Of a stretch of DNA of 49,552 nt, positions 18,670 to 27,095 are shown one piece after another (position 1 is the stretch's first letter; every line of letters starts with the position of its first letter). Made by a program: the position numbers and the translations under genes. The DNA comes from Thaumarchaeota archaeon UBA141 (lineage in GTDB: Archaea > Thermoproteota > Nitrososphaeria > Nitrososphaerales > UBA141): assembly GCA_002495315.1 (NCBI GenBank), contig DAEN01000040.1, positions 1-49,552 on the forward strand, read 5' to 3'. The notes under the pieces were generated by a model. It did no database searches. It saw only the letters and a list, made by a program, of their open reading frames with translations, and was not told where the DNA came from.

Positions 18670-19113
18670 CTACTGAATCTTTTCAACAAACATCAGGTCA
18701 TAATCTAGTTCGTCAATGTGTTTCATTCCAACTATTGCTCTTGCTTTTCTATATTGACATTCCACACGTACAATGACGTTCTCTCCCTTAAGCGTCGAAT
18801 AATCATAGGCGTGACTCTTTCTACTCTTGAGCGTTTGACTTTGAATGCGTACTCGTGCTCTGATCTTGAAAGGACGAAGTGTCGTGCTCTTTTCTATTAC
18901 TTTTTCAATTGCTGCAAGTAGGTCTGCGTCTTTGAGTATTGGAATCCCCATGAATTGTTGGTGCAGAGCACCTAGAGCTATCCCACCCTCGAAGACGGCG
19001 CGCTCGCGTTCCGTTAGAGAGCGATCAAAGTACTTGTTTAGATTCTGTTCTACAGCTTTCTTCGAGATCTTGGTAGCGCTTGCCTTTTGGAAGGAAGTAG
19101 ATTTTGTTTTCAT
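18670..19113 (-). CDS. mptD: Archaeal dihydroneopterin aldolase
   Basis: 'YF...TERERAVFEGGIALGALHQQFMGIP...ELDYDLM'; co-oriented with mptE. Confidence 0.88.
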   Translation of the reverse strand: MKTKSTSFQKASATKISKKAVEQNLNKYFDRSLTERERAVFEGGIALGALHQQFMGIPILKDADLLAAIEKVIEKSTTLRPFKIRARVRIQSQTLKSRKSHAYDYSTLKGENVIVRVECQYRKARAIVGMKHIDELDYDLMFVEKIQ

Positions 19114-19216
19114 ATCCCGTTGTCTCTAGAAATGTTTCTACTCTTGGCTTTATCTATCTGATTTTGTTCCATGTTTTTGTACCAGATTTGTTTTGATGTT
19201 ATGTTTTCATTTTTTT

Positions 19217-20455
19217 CTAGATTCGATTACTAGCCATCATGGCTTGTGGTTCTTTTACTAGATAGGAAACCGTGCTTGCAAAGCCAAGGAGCAGTATCGA
19301 TAAAAGAATCATTGGTGTGTAACTTCCCATCAAGTCGAATATTAATCCTCCAAGGTAGGCTGATAATGCACCTCCTAACTGGTGTCCACCATAGACGACA
19401 CCGTAAACGAAGCCCATGGATTTGGCACCAAAAATCTCGCGACAGAGAGTAGTAGTAGGTGGTATTGTCATTAATTCTACGAAACCAAATAGGATGACAA
19501 ATGCAATGATTGACGTGTTAGTGGGTGTTAAAAGTAAGAGTAACATTGAGAATCCCCTTATTGCGTATGCAAGCGCCAGGGGATTTTTTCTACCAAAACG
19601 ATCTACTGCTACCCCTGCCAATAGAAGTCCTATTATCATGGGAATTCCCATTATTCCTAGCGCGCCTGCAGCTATAAGCGGAGAAATACCTGCATCGGAA
19701 GCAAATGCGACAAGGTGTACCTCCACAAAAGAAACTGAAAAGCCACAGACGACGTATCCAGAGGCAAGAAACCAGAAAGATCTACTTCTAACCAGGTGAT
19801 TTAGCGAAGCTTTTGTGTCACCAGTAGTTTTACTTGGTTGTTGAGTGTCTGATTGATTATTGTCAGGGGGTCTTTTTTTAATTAATAGTAGAGCTAAAGG
19901 CAAGACGACTAGTAGGGGCAGAACCGCCAAAACGATGTAGGAGCTCCGCCAGCCAATAGTCAAGATAAGGAAAGCAGCTAGAGGGACTATTGTTGGGTAT
20001 CCACCTCCAACTCCTGAAGCAGCTATGCTGACAGCAAAAGCTCTTCGTCGCCTAAACCAATCGGTAACTAGTACGGCTATCGGAACGCTTGCTGCTGCTC
20101 CAAAACCTATCCCTGAAAGAATTCCATAGTAGATGTATAGTTGAAGGGGATTCGATATAGTACTCATAAGCAAATAGCTTATCCCAATTAGAGTAGTACC
20201 AAACAGAATTGTCTTCTTTGGTCCAAAGCGATCGACTAGCTTTCCCACCAAAGGTTGAGATATTGCGAAGACGAAAAGCGAAAATCCTGCAGCGCCAGCT
20301 ACAGATGATCTGGAAAGTCCAAGGTCTGCTTCTAGAGAGGGTAAGAATACACCATATGATATCCGGAGACCCGAGTTCATCAATCGGATAACAACAGCCG
20401 TAAAAAGAATAATCCACCCGTAGTAGACTATGTGGTTCTTTCCAAGATAATTCAC
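19217..20455 (-). CDS. MFS transporter (OFA/MCT-like)
   Basis: About 12 hydrophobic helices; motif A 'GKLVDRFGPKK' and 'DRFGRK'; N-terminal 'YYGWII'. Confidence 0.92.
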   Translation of the reverse strand: MNYLGKNHIVYYGWIILFTAVVIRLMNSGLRISYGVFLPSLEADLGLSRSSVAGAAGFSLFVFAISQPLVGKLVDRFGPKKTILFGTTLIGISYLLMSTISNPLQLYIYYGILSGIGFGAAASVPIAVLVTDWFRRRRAFAVSIAASGVGGGYPTIVPLAAFLILTIGWRSSYIVLAVLPLLVVLPLALLLIKKRPPDNNQSDTQQPSKTTGDTKASLNHLVRSRSFWFLASGYVVCGFSVSFVEVHLVAFASDAGISPLIAAGALGIMGIPMIIGLLLAGVAVDRFGRKNPLALAYAIRGFSMLLLLLTPTNTSIIAFVILFGFVELMTIPPTTTLCREIFGAKSMGFVYGVVYGGHQLGGALSAYLGGLIFDLMGSYTPMILLSILLLGFASTVSYLVKEPQAMMASNRI

Positions 20456-20528
20456 AGCTGTGCTAATGCTTAGAGGCCGTGGTTATAATAACAGCTAGTC
20501 TTGCTTATCAAGGGCCATTAGATAATAA

Positions 20529-21287
20529 ATGATGGATAACCAATTTGATGACTTTCAGAAAGGAGTTGTGCACTTCACTGGTGTATCTCCTAAGGAAGAA
20601 AGACTGTTAATTTCAGAAATTTTCTATTCAGTTCAAGGGGAAGGAATAACGGTAGGAAGGCCGTCCGTTTTCTTAAGGCTTGGAAGTTGTAATTTACATT
20701 GTGTTTGGTGTGATACAGCTTATACTTGGGATTGGAACCGGTATAATAATGAAAAAGAGCTGGTGTTCATGAATAAAGATGATATTCGAGATCGCGTTCT
20801 TCGTTATAGGTGCCGACGTCTTGTTGTCACAGGCGGAGAACCACTTCTTCAACAAAGTGCGCTTGTAGAATTACTCAATGATTTGAAAGAAAGAGACTTC
20901 TATATCGAGATAGAGACGAACGGTACGTTGCGGCCTATTGCTCCGTTAGTTGCTATAACTGATCAGTGGAATGTGTCGCCTAAGTTGAAGAATTCTGGGA
21001 ACTCTGAAGAAGATCGCGAACAAAAGAGTTGTTATCGGGTGTTTAGTTCTTTTTCTGGTTCTTTCTTCAAATATGTCATTCAAAATCCAGAAGACGTGAC
21101 AGAAGTTGATGGACTGGTCGCCAGATACGCTCTAAATAAAGAACGCGTAATACTTATGCCAGAAGGTGTGAGTAGAGATGTAATATCGGAAAGAGAAGTA
21201 TGGTTGAAAAAAATGTGTACGGAACGAGATTATAATTTCTCAAGTAGGTTGCATATCAGACTTTGGGATAACATACGCGGTACTTAA
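20529..21287 (+). CDS. queE: 7-carboxy-7-deazaguanine synthase (radical SAM)
   Basis: 'EIFYSVQGEG', 'CNLHCVWCDT', 'TGGEPLLQ', 'IETNGT', 'SPKL' and 'RLH'. Confidence 0.9.
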   Translation: MMDNQFDDFQKGVVHFTGVSPKEERLLISEIFYSVQGEGITVGRPSVFLRLGSCNLHCVWCDTAYTWDWNRYNNEKELVFMNKDDIRDRVLRYRCRRLVVTGGEPLLQQSALVELLNDLKERDFYIEIETNGTLRPIAPLVAITDQWNVSPKLKNSGNSEEDREQKSCYRVFSSFSGSFFKYVIQNPEDVTEVDGLVARYALNKERVILMPEGVSRDVISEREVWLKKMCTERDYNFSSRLHIRLWDNIRGT

Positions 21288-21365
21288 TCTATAGTTATTA
21301 AGAATGAGAGATCAGTGTAATCATTACGGTAAAACTATCAATACATCAAGTAGGTTTGGTTCAGA

Positions 21366-21842
21366 GTGTTTGGAAACCTCTATAGGATGATCTGGGGTTT
21401 TTCTGTTGGTCGGCCTACAAATTTTAGTTGGATAGATAACTCAGTAGCTGCTTCTGGGAAGCCTACATCAAAGAGGGAGTTTTTTTGGCTCAAGAGACAG
21501 GGGATTACGGTAGTTTTGAATTTGACGGATAGATCTTTGCCCTCGAGATGGGGTAGAGAGACGGGTATTGAATTTCGACATGTTAGTATCAAAAACCATC
21601 AAGCTCCCACCATGATTCATCTTTCCAAGACGGTTGGAATCCTAAACCACGCCAAAAAATCAGGAAAGAAGATATTGGTTCATTGTGAGGCAGGTGTGGG
21701 AAGAACAGGTACGGTGTTAGCTGCCTATTTAGTAAGTATGGGGATGTCTTCATTAGACGCTATCAAGAAAGTTAGAGAGTTGCGACCGGGGTCGATTGAA
21801 AGACATCAAGAGCGCTGTATTGGTGTATACGCTTCTCAATAG
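21366..21842 (+). CDS. Dual-specificity protein phosphatase (CX5R)
   Basis: 'VHCEAGVGRTG' P-loop, 'NFSWI' and 'RPGSIE..Q'. Confidence 0.9.
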   Translation: MFGNLYRMIWGFSVGRPTNFSWIDNSVAASGKPTSKREFFWLKRQGITVVLNLTDRSLPSRWGRETGIEFRHVSIKNHQAPTMIHLSKTVGILNHAKKSGKKILVHCEAGVGRTGTVLAAYLVSMGMSSLDAIKKVRELRPGSIERHQERCIGVYASQ

Positions 21843-21849
21843 ATGGTAA

Positions 21850-22833
21850 ATGGAAATGGTCAGAAGAAAGCGTATTTGTATATCTCATAAAAAAGACGTT
21901 GATGGTATAGTCTCTGCTGCTCTTTTCAAACGCGCAAGAGACACCGAAGTTATTTTGGCTGATTATGGCGACATTATTGACCATCTTAGTCAGCTTCGAC
22001 GCGTTGATGAGCTCTATATTTGTGATTTGGGTTTAAACAAGAGTACGTGGCCAGAATTTTACAAGCTAATACAGGCCATTGCAAAGCACGGACAAGTTGT
22101 GTATACTGACCACCATCCAATGGAGAATGATTGGCGACGTGCACTAAAGAAATGTGGTGTTATAGTAAATCACTCCATAAATGATTGTGCGGGTGTGTTA
22201 TCCTATGAGTTTCTGAAGAAAGAGCTGCCACATGATGCTCACTTGCTTGCAGCTTATGCTGCAATAACCGATTATCTTGATGGGGGGTTTTTAGCAAAAA
22301 AAATAATTCAGCAACAGGACCGCCAATTCGTCCTATTGGAGGCAACGTTGCTTTCTTACGCCTTGGCGCGAAGGGGAGGAGATGAAGATTATTTGAAAAA
22401 GCTAGTATCGGAACTATCGAATATGACTCCACCACATAGGATTACTGACGTACTGCATGATGCTAGTGAACAAGCAGAACGCATGGTGTACTTGATGACG
22501 GTAGTGCGTAAGTTAGGATCAATGAGGAAAGGTTATGCGAGTATTTGTACTGAAGAGCCGGTTTCAGGGTTAGTAGCAAATTTATTGCTTGGAGCATTCC
22601 AGGTGTCTGCAGGTATTGCTTACAAATTAAGTCCAAAGAAGGACACTTATGATATATCCTTGAGGGGAACAGAAGATTGTAGGTGTCATCTTGGAGAAGT
22701 GGCGTCATATGCAGCTGACATAGCAGGAGGTGCTGGTGGAGGGCATGCAAAAGCTAGCGGCGCACGTATTCCGGTGGAACACATCGAGGACTTTCTATCT
22801 GGTGTTGAAGAAAAGCTCCTTGAAACCAAGTAG
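21850..22833 (+). CDS. DHH/DHHA1 phosphoesterase (RecJ/GAN/NrnA superfamily)
   Basis: 'SHKKDVDG', 'CDLG', 'DHH', 'ISLRG' and 'GGGHAKASG'. Confidence 0.85.
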   Translation: MEMVRRKRICISHKKDVDGIVSAALFKRARDTEVILADYGDIIDHLSQLRRVDELYICDLGLNKSTWPEFYKLIQAIAKHGQVVYTDHHPMENDWRRALKKCGVIVNHSINDCAGVLSYEFLKKELPHDAHLLAAYAAITDYLDGGFLAKKIIQQQDRQFVLLEATLLSYALARRGGDEDYLKKLVSELSNMTPPHRITDVLHDASEQAERMVYLMTVVRKLGSMRKGYASICTEEPVSGLVANLLLGAFQVSAGIAYKLSPKKDTYDISLRGTEDCRCHLGEVASYAADIAGGAGGGHAKASGARIPVEHIEDFLSGVEEKLLETK

Positions 22834-22842
22834 TAAATTGGA

Positions 22843-24369
22843 GTGGGAGCTACTGAGTTCTTGCCTGTTCTAGCAAAAGTCGATGATGCGGTAGCTCGCG
22901 CATTAGCGAGTGGATATCAAGTTGATGTTGATGCTTTTGAGCTATTACTAAGCTTGGAAAATCGCGTAAATGTAGTTGATATGATCGATAAAGTTGTTCA
23001 ACTAAAAAAATCAGGTGAAACTGACGGAGTTGACGTGATTTCTCGATCAGATATAGATGCCTTATTGTCTCCTGAAGAAAGTATAGAGGATCCACGAAAT
23101 TTAGAAGATTCAATTGACATGGCCAAAGAGGGTTCGGAAGCTGATCTCGAAATAATCGGTAACCTTACTGAAAAGTTGTTTCCAGTTGAGGGAGCGGATG
23201 GTTTTAGATTGCTTTTTCGGAGTCGACTTCGGAAGATGTTGAACATAGCACGTCAACGGCCAGATTCAAGAAACATTAGGACAATATCTGAGGTTTTGGA
23301 TGCGCAAAATCGTGATGTGGTAAAGGTGGCGGGTTTGGTTATGGATAAGAGAATAAAACAGGATAGATGGGAATTAGCTATAGACGATCTTTCAGGTCTT
23401 CTCAGAGTTCGAGGTACAGACAATTCCATTAAAGCTGAAGTTGCAGACGTTATGTTGGACCAATTTGTAATAATGGATGTAGCAAGAGTAAGGGGAGAAA
23501 CAGCCGCGTTGAAGAGAATCTATCACCCGGATCTTCCTGATAGAATTCCAACTACAAGTAAAAAGAATGTCTATGCCGTGTTTCTATCGGATTTACATGT
23601 AGGCAGCAAGTTGTTTCTTCTTGATGCTTTTGAGAGATTCACAGCTTGGATCTCGGGTCTGTCAGAAGATCATGGAGTTGTAGACAGAGTACGGTATGTC
23701 GTAATAGGTGGTGATGCTGTAGACGGTGCTGGAATCTATCCGGGCCAAGAGAATGACCTTCAAGAACCGGATATCCGTAAGCAATATTCTAATCTTGCCC
23801 AGCTAATTGAAAAAATACCCAAGCACATAAGAATCGTTATAATTCCTGGAAATCATGATCCAGTAAGACAGGCTCTTCCTCAACCAGCCATACCACGCAA
23901 ATACGCGGAGGAACTATATTGCATGGAAAACGTCTCGATGTTAAGTAGTCCTGCTCTATTACGACTACATGGTGTAAAGCTTCTGACGTTTCATGGACGG
24001 AGCTTGGATGACGTGGTCGCAAAAATCCCAGGATTATCATATTCGTCGCCAGCTGCTGCGATGAAGCTTTTGCTTCGGGCACGACATTTAGCACCACATT
24101 ATGGAGGAAGAGTGGCAATGGCTCCCGCGGAAGAGGATCATTTGGTCATTGATGAGGTTCCCGATATTTTTCACGCTGGACATGTACATACCTTAGACAG
24201 AACGAATTATCGCGGTACGTTGATATTGAATTCTGGTACATGGCAAGGCCAGACCAAGTTTCAGGCAAACATGGGAATTGTTCCAACTCCTGGAAAAGTG
24301 CCGATAGTAAACCTGGCAACACTAGACATGTTGGTTAAGGATTTTACGAAATCGTCGGGAGATTCTTAG
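22843..24369 (+). CDS. polD1: DNA polymerase D small (proofreading) subunit DP1
   Basis: OB fold plus calcineurin-like motifs 'SDLHVGS', 'GDAVDGAGIYPGQ', 'PGNHD', 'FHG' and 'GHVH'. Confidence 0.96.
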   Translation: MGATEFLPVLAKVDDAVARALASGYQVDVDAFELLLSLENRVNVVDMIDKVVQLKKSGETDGVDVISRSDIDALLSPEESIEDPRNLEDSIDMAKEGSEADLEIIGNLTEKLFPVEGADGFRLLFRSRLRKMLNIARQRPDSRNIRTISEVLDAQNRDVVKVAGLVMDKRIKQDRWELAIDDLSGLLRVRGTDNSIKAEVADVMLDQFVIMDVARVRGETAALKRIYHPDLPDRIPTTSKKNVYAVFLSDLHVGSKLFLLDAFERFTAWISGLSEDHGVVDRVRYVVIGGDAVDGAGIYPGQENDLQEPDIRKQYSNLAQLIEKIPKHIRIVIIPGNHDPVRQALPQPAIPRKYAEELYCMENVSMLSSPALLRLHGVKLLTFHGRSLDDVVAKIPGLSYSSPAAAMKLLLRARHLAPHYGGRVAMAPAEEDHLVIDEVPDIFHAGHVHTLDRTNYRGTLILNSGTWQGQTKFQANMGIVPTPGKVPIVNLATLDMLVKDFTKSSGDS

Positions 24370-25565
24370 TACGGCAGCTTAAGGTCTTTGAGTATTGGGT
24401 CTGCGGTTAGGAGATCTCTTAATCTTGTTTTTGGAACTTGTGTGTATATGCTCTTTGTTCGACCATATCGTCCTTTTGAAACGATACTTGTTGTAATTAA
24501 TCCAAGCATGTCCAGCTCTGCTAATAATGCACTAACGCGTCTCTGAGTAAGAGATTCAGTACGTATTGTTTCTGTTAATTTACGATAGGACTCATAAATT
24601 TCTCCAGTTGATTGCGAGTCTTGATTTAGCATGATGGTGGTAAGAAGAAGCTTTGCATGTAAGGGTAGAGAGTGTACGGCCTCGCCTATTCGGTCTTGTT
24701 CTATGTGCTGAAGAGCAAGGCGTATGTGTTCCTCCTCAAGACTAGCTGCAGATTTTCTTTCAGCTATTTCAGCTGCCACCCGCAGCAGGTCGACGGCGCG
24801 ACGGGCATCGCCGTGTTCAGATGCAGCTAGAGCCGCACAAAGGTTTACGGCGGCTTGGGATACTTGACCTGGAGGGAACGCTAAAAGGGCTCTCTCGTTA
24901 AGAATGGTGCGCAGCTGGTCGGCGGTATAGGGAGTAAAGACTATTTCTTCTTCACTAAGGCTACTGAGTACTCGCGGATCTAGGAGATCTTTAAACTGTA
25001 AATCGTTAGATATGCCCACAAGTGATAAAGAAGCAGGGAAAATTTCACTGTTTGATCTTGTAAACTCATAGAGTAAATCGTCTCCAGAGTGCTTAACAAG
25101 GAAATCAATTTCATCTAAAGTGAATATCACGTTTGTTTGTGATTGGTTGATGTGTTTGATTATGCGCGCAAACACCTCACTAAGAGCTAGACCGGTGAAA
25201 GGAATTTCAACGCCGATTGCGTTTGCAAGTTGTGAGAGAACGCGGTATTCAGTTCCTGCCACTCTGCTGTTACAATAAGCGAACGTCATTTGTTTGGGGG
25301 TTTTTGTGGCTGCTTTTTGAAGACGTTCAAGGACGCGGTGTGTAACAGCCGTCTTACCAGTACCGGTTTTTCCATATAATAACAAATTTGATGGTTTAGA
25401 GTTTTTTAATATGGGCGCAAGAATTTCTGCAACTGTTCGTATCTGTTCCTCTCGAAAAGGAAGACGATCAGGTATGTAATCTGATCGAAGAACGGAGGGA
25501 TCTTGGACTAATCCAGGGGATGAAAGAGCTTTATCAAAAACATCATCCATAATATCTATACTCAT
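24366..25565 (-). CDS. cdc6: Orc1/Cdc6 replication initiator
   Basis: Walker A 'GKTGTGKT', Walker B 'LDEID', 'GDARRA' and C-terminal wHTH 'LTQRRV...GRYGRT'. Confidence 0.97.
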   Translation of the reverse strand: MSIDIMDDVFDKALSSPGLVQDPSVLRSDYIPDRLPFREEQIRTVAEILAPILKNSKPSNLLLYGKTGTGKTAVTHRVLERLQKAATKTPKQMTFAYCNSRVAGTEYRVLSQLANAIGVEIPFTGLALSEVFARIIKHINQSQTNVIFTLDEIDFLVKHSGDDLLYEFTRSNSEIFPASLSLVGISNDLQFKDLLDPRVLSSLSEEEIVFTPYTADQLRTILNERALLAFPPGQVSQAAVNLCAALAASEHGDARRAVDLLRVAAEIAERKSAASLEEEHIRLALQHIEQDRIGEAVHSLPLHAKLLLTTIMLNQDSQSTGEIYESYRKLTETIRTESLTQRRVSALLAELDMLGLITTSIVSKGRYGRTKSIYTQVPKTRLRDLLTADPILKDLKLPY

Positions 25566-25596
25566 AACGATCGATTTTCTCCATTGGTCCCTCCGA

Positions 25597-25616
25597 CCCC
25601 TCCGCTTCCATTGGAG
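25597..25616 (-). promoter_or_regulatory. ORB (origin recognition box) 1
   Basis: The minus strand reads CTCCAATGGAAGCGGAGGGG, matching TCCAnTGGAA..GGGG. Confidence 0.85.
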
Positions 25617-25778
25617 GCCGTTTAGTTGATGGGTATGTTATTGTTGAGAAGAAAGAGAGCCCGCTCTAGATAACGATATTATCTTTAATTTACTAATTAT
25701 TGATGAAAACTGACTAAGTTGTAAAATTATAATATTTCAACCAACTCACAAAAACAAACACGGTCTTAGGATCTAACT

Positions 25779-25798
25779 CTTCAGTGGAAGTATAGGGG
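25779..25798 (+). promoter_or_regulatory. ORB 2
   Basis: CTTCAGTGGAAGTATAGGGG. Confidence 0.85.
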
Positions 25799-25865
25799 TG
25801 CAGGGCACCTGTATGATTACTTTGTGAACGTTTGTGAAAACTGGGATAAAAACTAACCAGATACA

Positions 25866-25885
25866 CCCCTCTATTTCCACTGGAG
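25866..25885 (-). promoter_or_regulatory. ORB 3
   Basis: The minus strand reads CTCCAGTGGAAATAGAGGGG, a near-consensus ORB. Confidence 0.92.
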
Positions 25886-25913
25886 ATTCTAGCAAGGAGA
25901 AGTAACCATATCA

Positions 25914-25926
25914 CTTCCTTTGGAAG
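25914..25926. promoter_or_regulatory. Mini-ORB-like dyad
   Basis: CTTCCTTTGGAAG has the TTCC-n3-GGAA core but no directly attached G-string. Confidence 0.45.
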
Positions 25927-26089
25927 CCTTTTTGGTTAAAAGGGGCTCATATCTAACCATAAACACCGTTTTAATCATTCACAAGAAGTTAACAAATGTG
26001 AATGTTTATCGAACAAAACATAGGTAAATATCACTAGTTCACAAATAAATTAAAAAACATAAATATACAATATCATAAGAATACCTTCA

Positions 26090-26479
26090 ATGCCTCGGCG
26101 ACGAGTAAAGATAGAATTTGAAGACGCCGACGGTAGTAAGTACGCGTTATCATTACAAGGAGGGGTTTCTAGAGAAAAAGTTCTGAAAATATTAGATCTA
26201 GTGGATCTGGTCTCTAATGACGGTAGTAACAATGGTGAAGAACGGATTAAAACCACAAACACCTCGGTTAGTCGACTACGTCAATTAATTGACAATAAAT
26301 TTCCCTTAGGCGCCTTTACATCTAACGATTTATTGGAAGCTTATGAGGACGAGTACAGCCGCTCTGTGAAACTGAGTACCGTATCAACCTACCTTTCACG
26401 GATGTCTGATCGTGGTTCCTTGAGAAGACACAAAGCCGGCAGCAGCTGGAGCTATCGTCGCAACAGATTAAGCGTGTAA
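26090..26479 (+). CDS. Hypothetical protein with small N-terminal beta/alpha domain and C-terminal winged helix
   Basis: The C-terminus 'FTSNDLLEAYEDEYSRSVKLSTVSTYLSRMSDRGSLRRHKAGSSWSY' has a wHTH pattern. Confidence 0.75.
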   Translation: MPRRRVKIEFEDADGSKYALSLQGGVSREKVLKILDLVDLVSNDGSNNGEERIKTTNTSVSRLRQLIDNKFPLGAFTSNDLLEAYEDEYSRSVKLSTVSTYLSRMSDRGSLRRHKAGSSWSYRRNRLSV

Positions 26480-26491
26480 AAACACGAAGAA

Positions 26492-27043
26492 CTATGTAGA
26501 TTTTAAGCTATATACGAAGGGCCGCACTAAGTCATTTCTTTCTACTTTACCCTTCTCAAAAAGAGCCTTCATTATACGAGAGGTGTGTTCTCGAGACTTA
26601 CCTATTGCTTCTCGTATTTGTGTGGGTGTAAGGTTTTTGTTTGATAGAAGTTCTATGATTAACCGTTCTGTTTGCGTTAAATGAGGATCCACCAAATTCC
26701 TTGAGGGAACCGCATCTGATTCAGACGCAATACGTGATATCACGTTTTGGGGTCTAGTAAGCAAAGCAACACCGCGTCCCTCACCAGGAGTTTTCACCCT
26801 ATCTAGTTTAACATCCAACAAACCCAATCTAACTTCCATATCTGTTATCTTTTTATCCTGAGTGAGAAGTCTACCGCGCAATTCTATTAGAATATCACTT
26901 ACAACACCTGCAGCTTCACGCTCGTTACTGAGGACGCGACGAAGACGCGGAAGAAAATAACCTGATAAACCCAACACAAATCCAACCGCAACTAGACTAA
27001 AAGCGGCCACCACCCACAATTCACTAGTCAGAAAAACCCACAA
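26492..27043 (-). CDS. Membrane-anchored coiled-coil winged-helix DNA-binding protein
   Basis: N-terminal TM 'LWVVAAFSLVAVGFVLGLSGYFL', heptad segment 'LIELRGRLLTQDKKITDMEVRLGLLDVKL' and C-terminal wHTH 'LTQTERLIIELL...TPTQIREAIGKSREHTSRIMKALFEKGKVER...PFVY'. Confidence 0.8.
   Translation of the reverse strand: MWVFLTSELWVVAAFSLVAVGFVLGLSGYFLPRLRRVLSNEREAAGVVSDILIELRGRLLTQDKKITDMEVRLGLLDVKLDRVKTPGEGRGVALLTRPQNVISRIASESDAVPSRNLVDPHLTQTERLIIELLSNKNLTPTQIREAIGKSREHTSRIMKALFEKGKVERNDLVRPFVYSLKST
26732..26745. repeat. Origin-proximal palindrome copy 1 (ACGTGATATCACGT)
   Basis: Perfect 14-bp palindrome inside the linker-coding part of the membrane-anchored wHTH gene. Confidence 0.6.
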
Positions 27044-27049
27044 TCAATA

Positions 27050-27093
27050 ACGTCACTAACATCACATAATAAACATTACATATCACACATCAC
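27050..27093. promoter_or_regulatory. Tandem array of AYRTCAC half-sites (putative operator)
   Basis: ACGTCAC 27050, ACATCAC 27059, ACATTAC 27073, ATATCAC 27080 and ACATCAC 27087 in a 52-bp intergenic gap. Confidence 0.6.
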
Positions 27094-27095
27094 CA

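Larger units (their letters stand above)
25570..26080. other. Chromosomal replication origin (oriC)
   Basis: Intergenic region of about 520 bp upstream of cdc6, with three ORB boxes, AT-rich tracts (about 25670-25740 and 25960-26080) and a strand-composition switch. Confidence 0.9.

Noticed and set aside
421-24000. Scattered single GTGAYRT half-sites far from the origin
   Set aside because: A degenerate 7-mer is expected about every 2 kb by chance. Only the full palindromes and the dense array were counted as signal.
25714-25914. 66-aa ORF within the origin
   Set aside because: It overlaps the ORB boxes and AT-rich tract; the region is better explained as oriC.
25597-27093. Repeats as a CRISPR array
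   Set aside because: The repeats are short, inverted or irregularly spaced, with no repeat-spacer periodicity and no cas genes.
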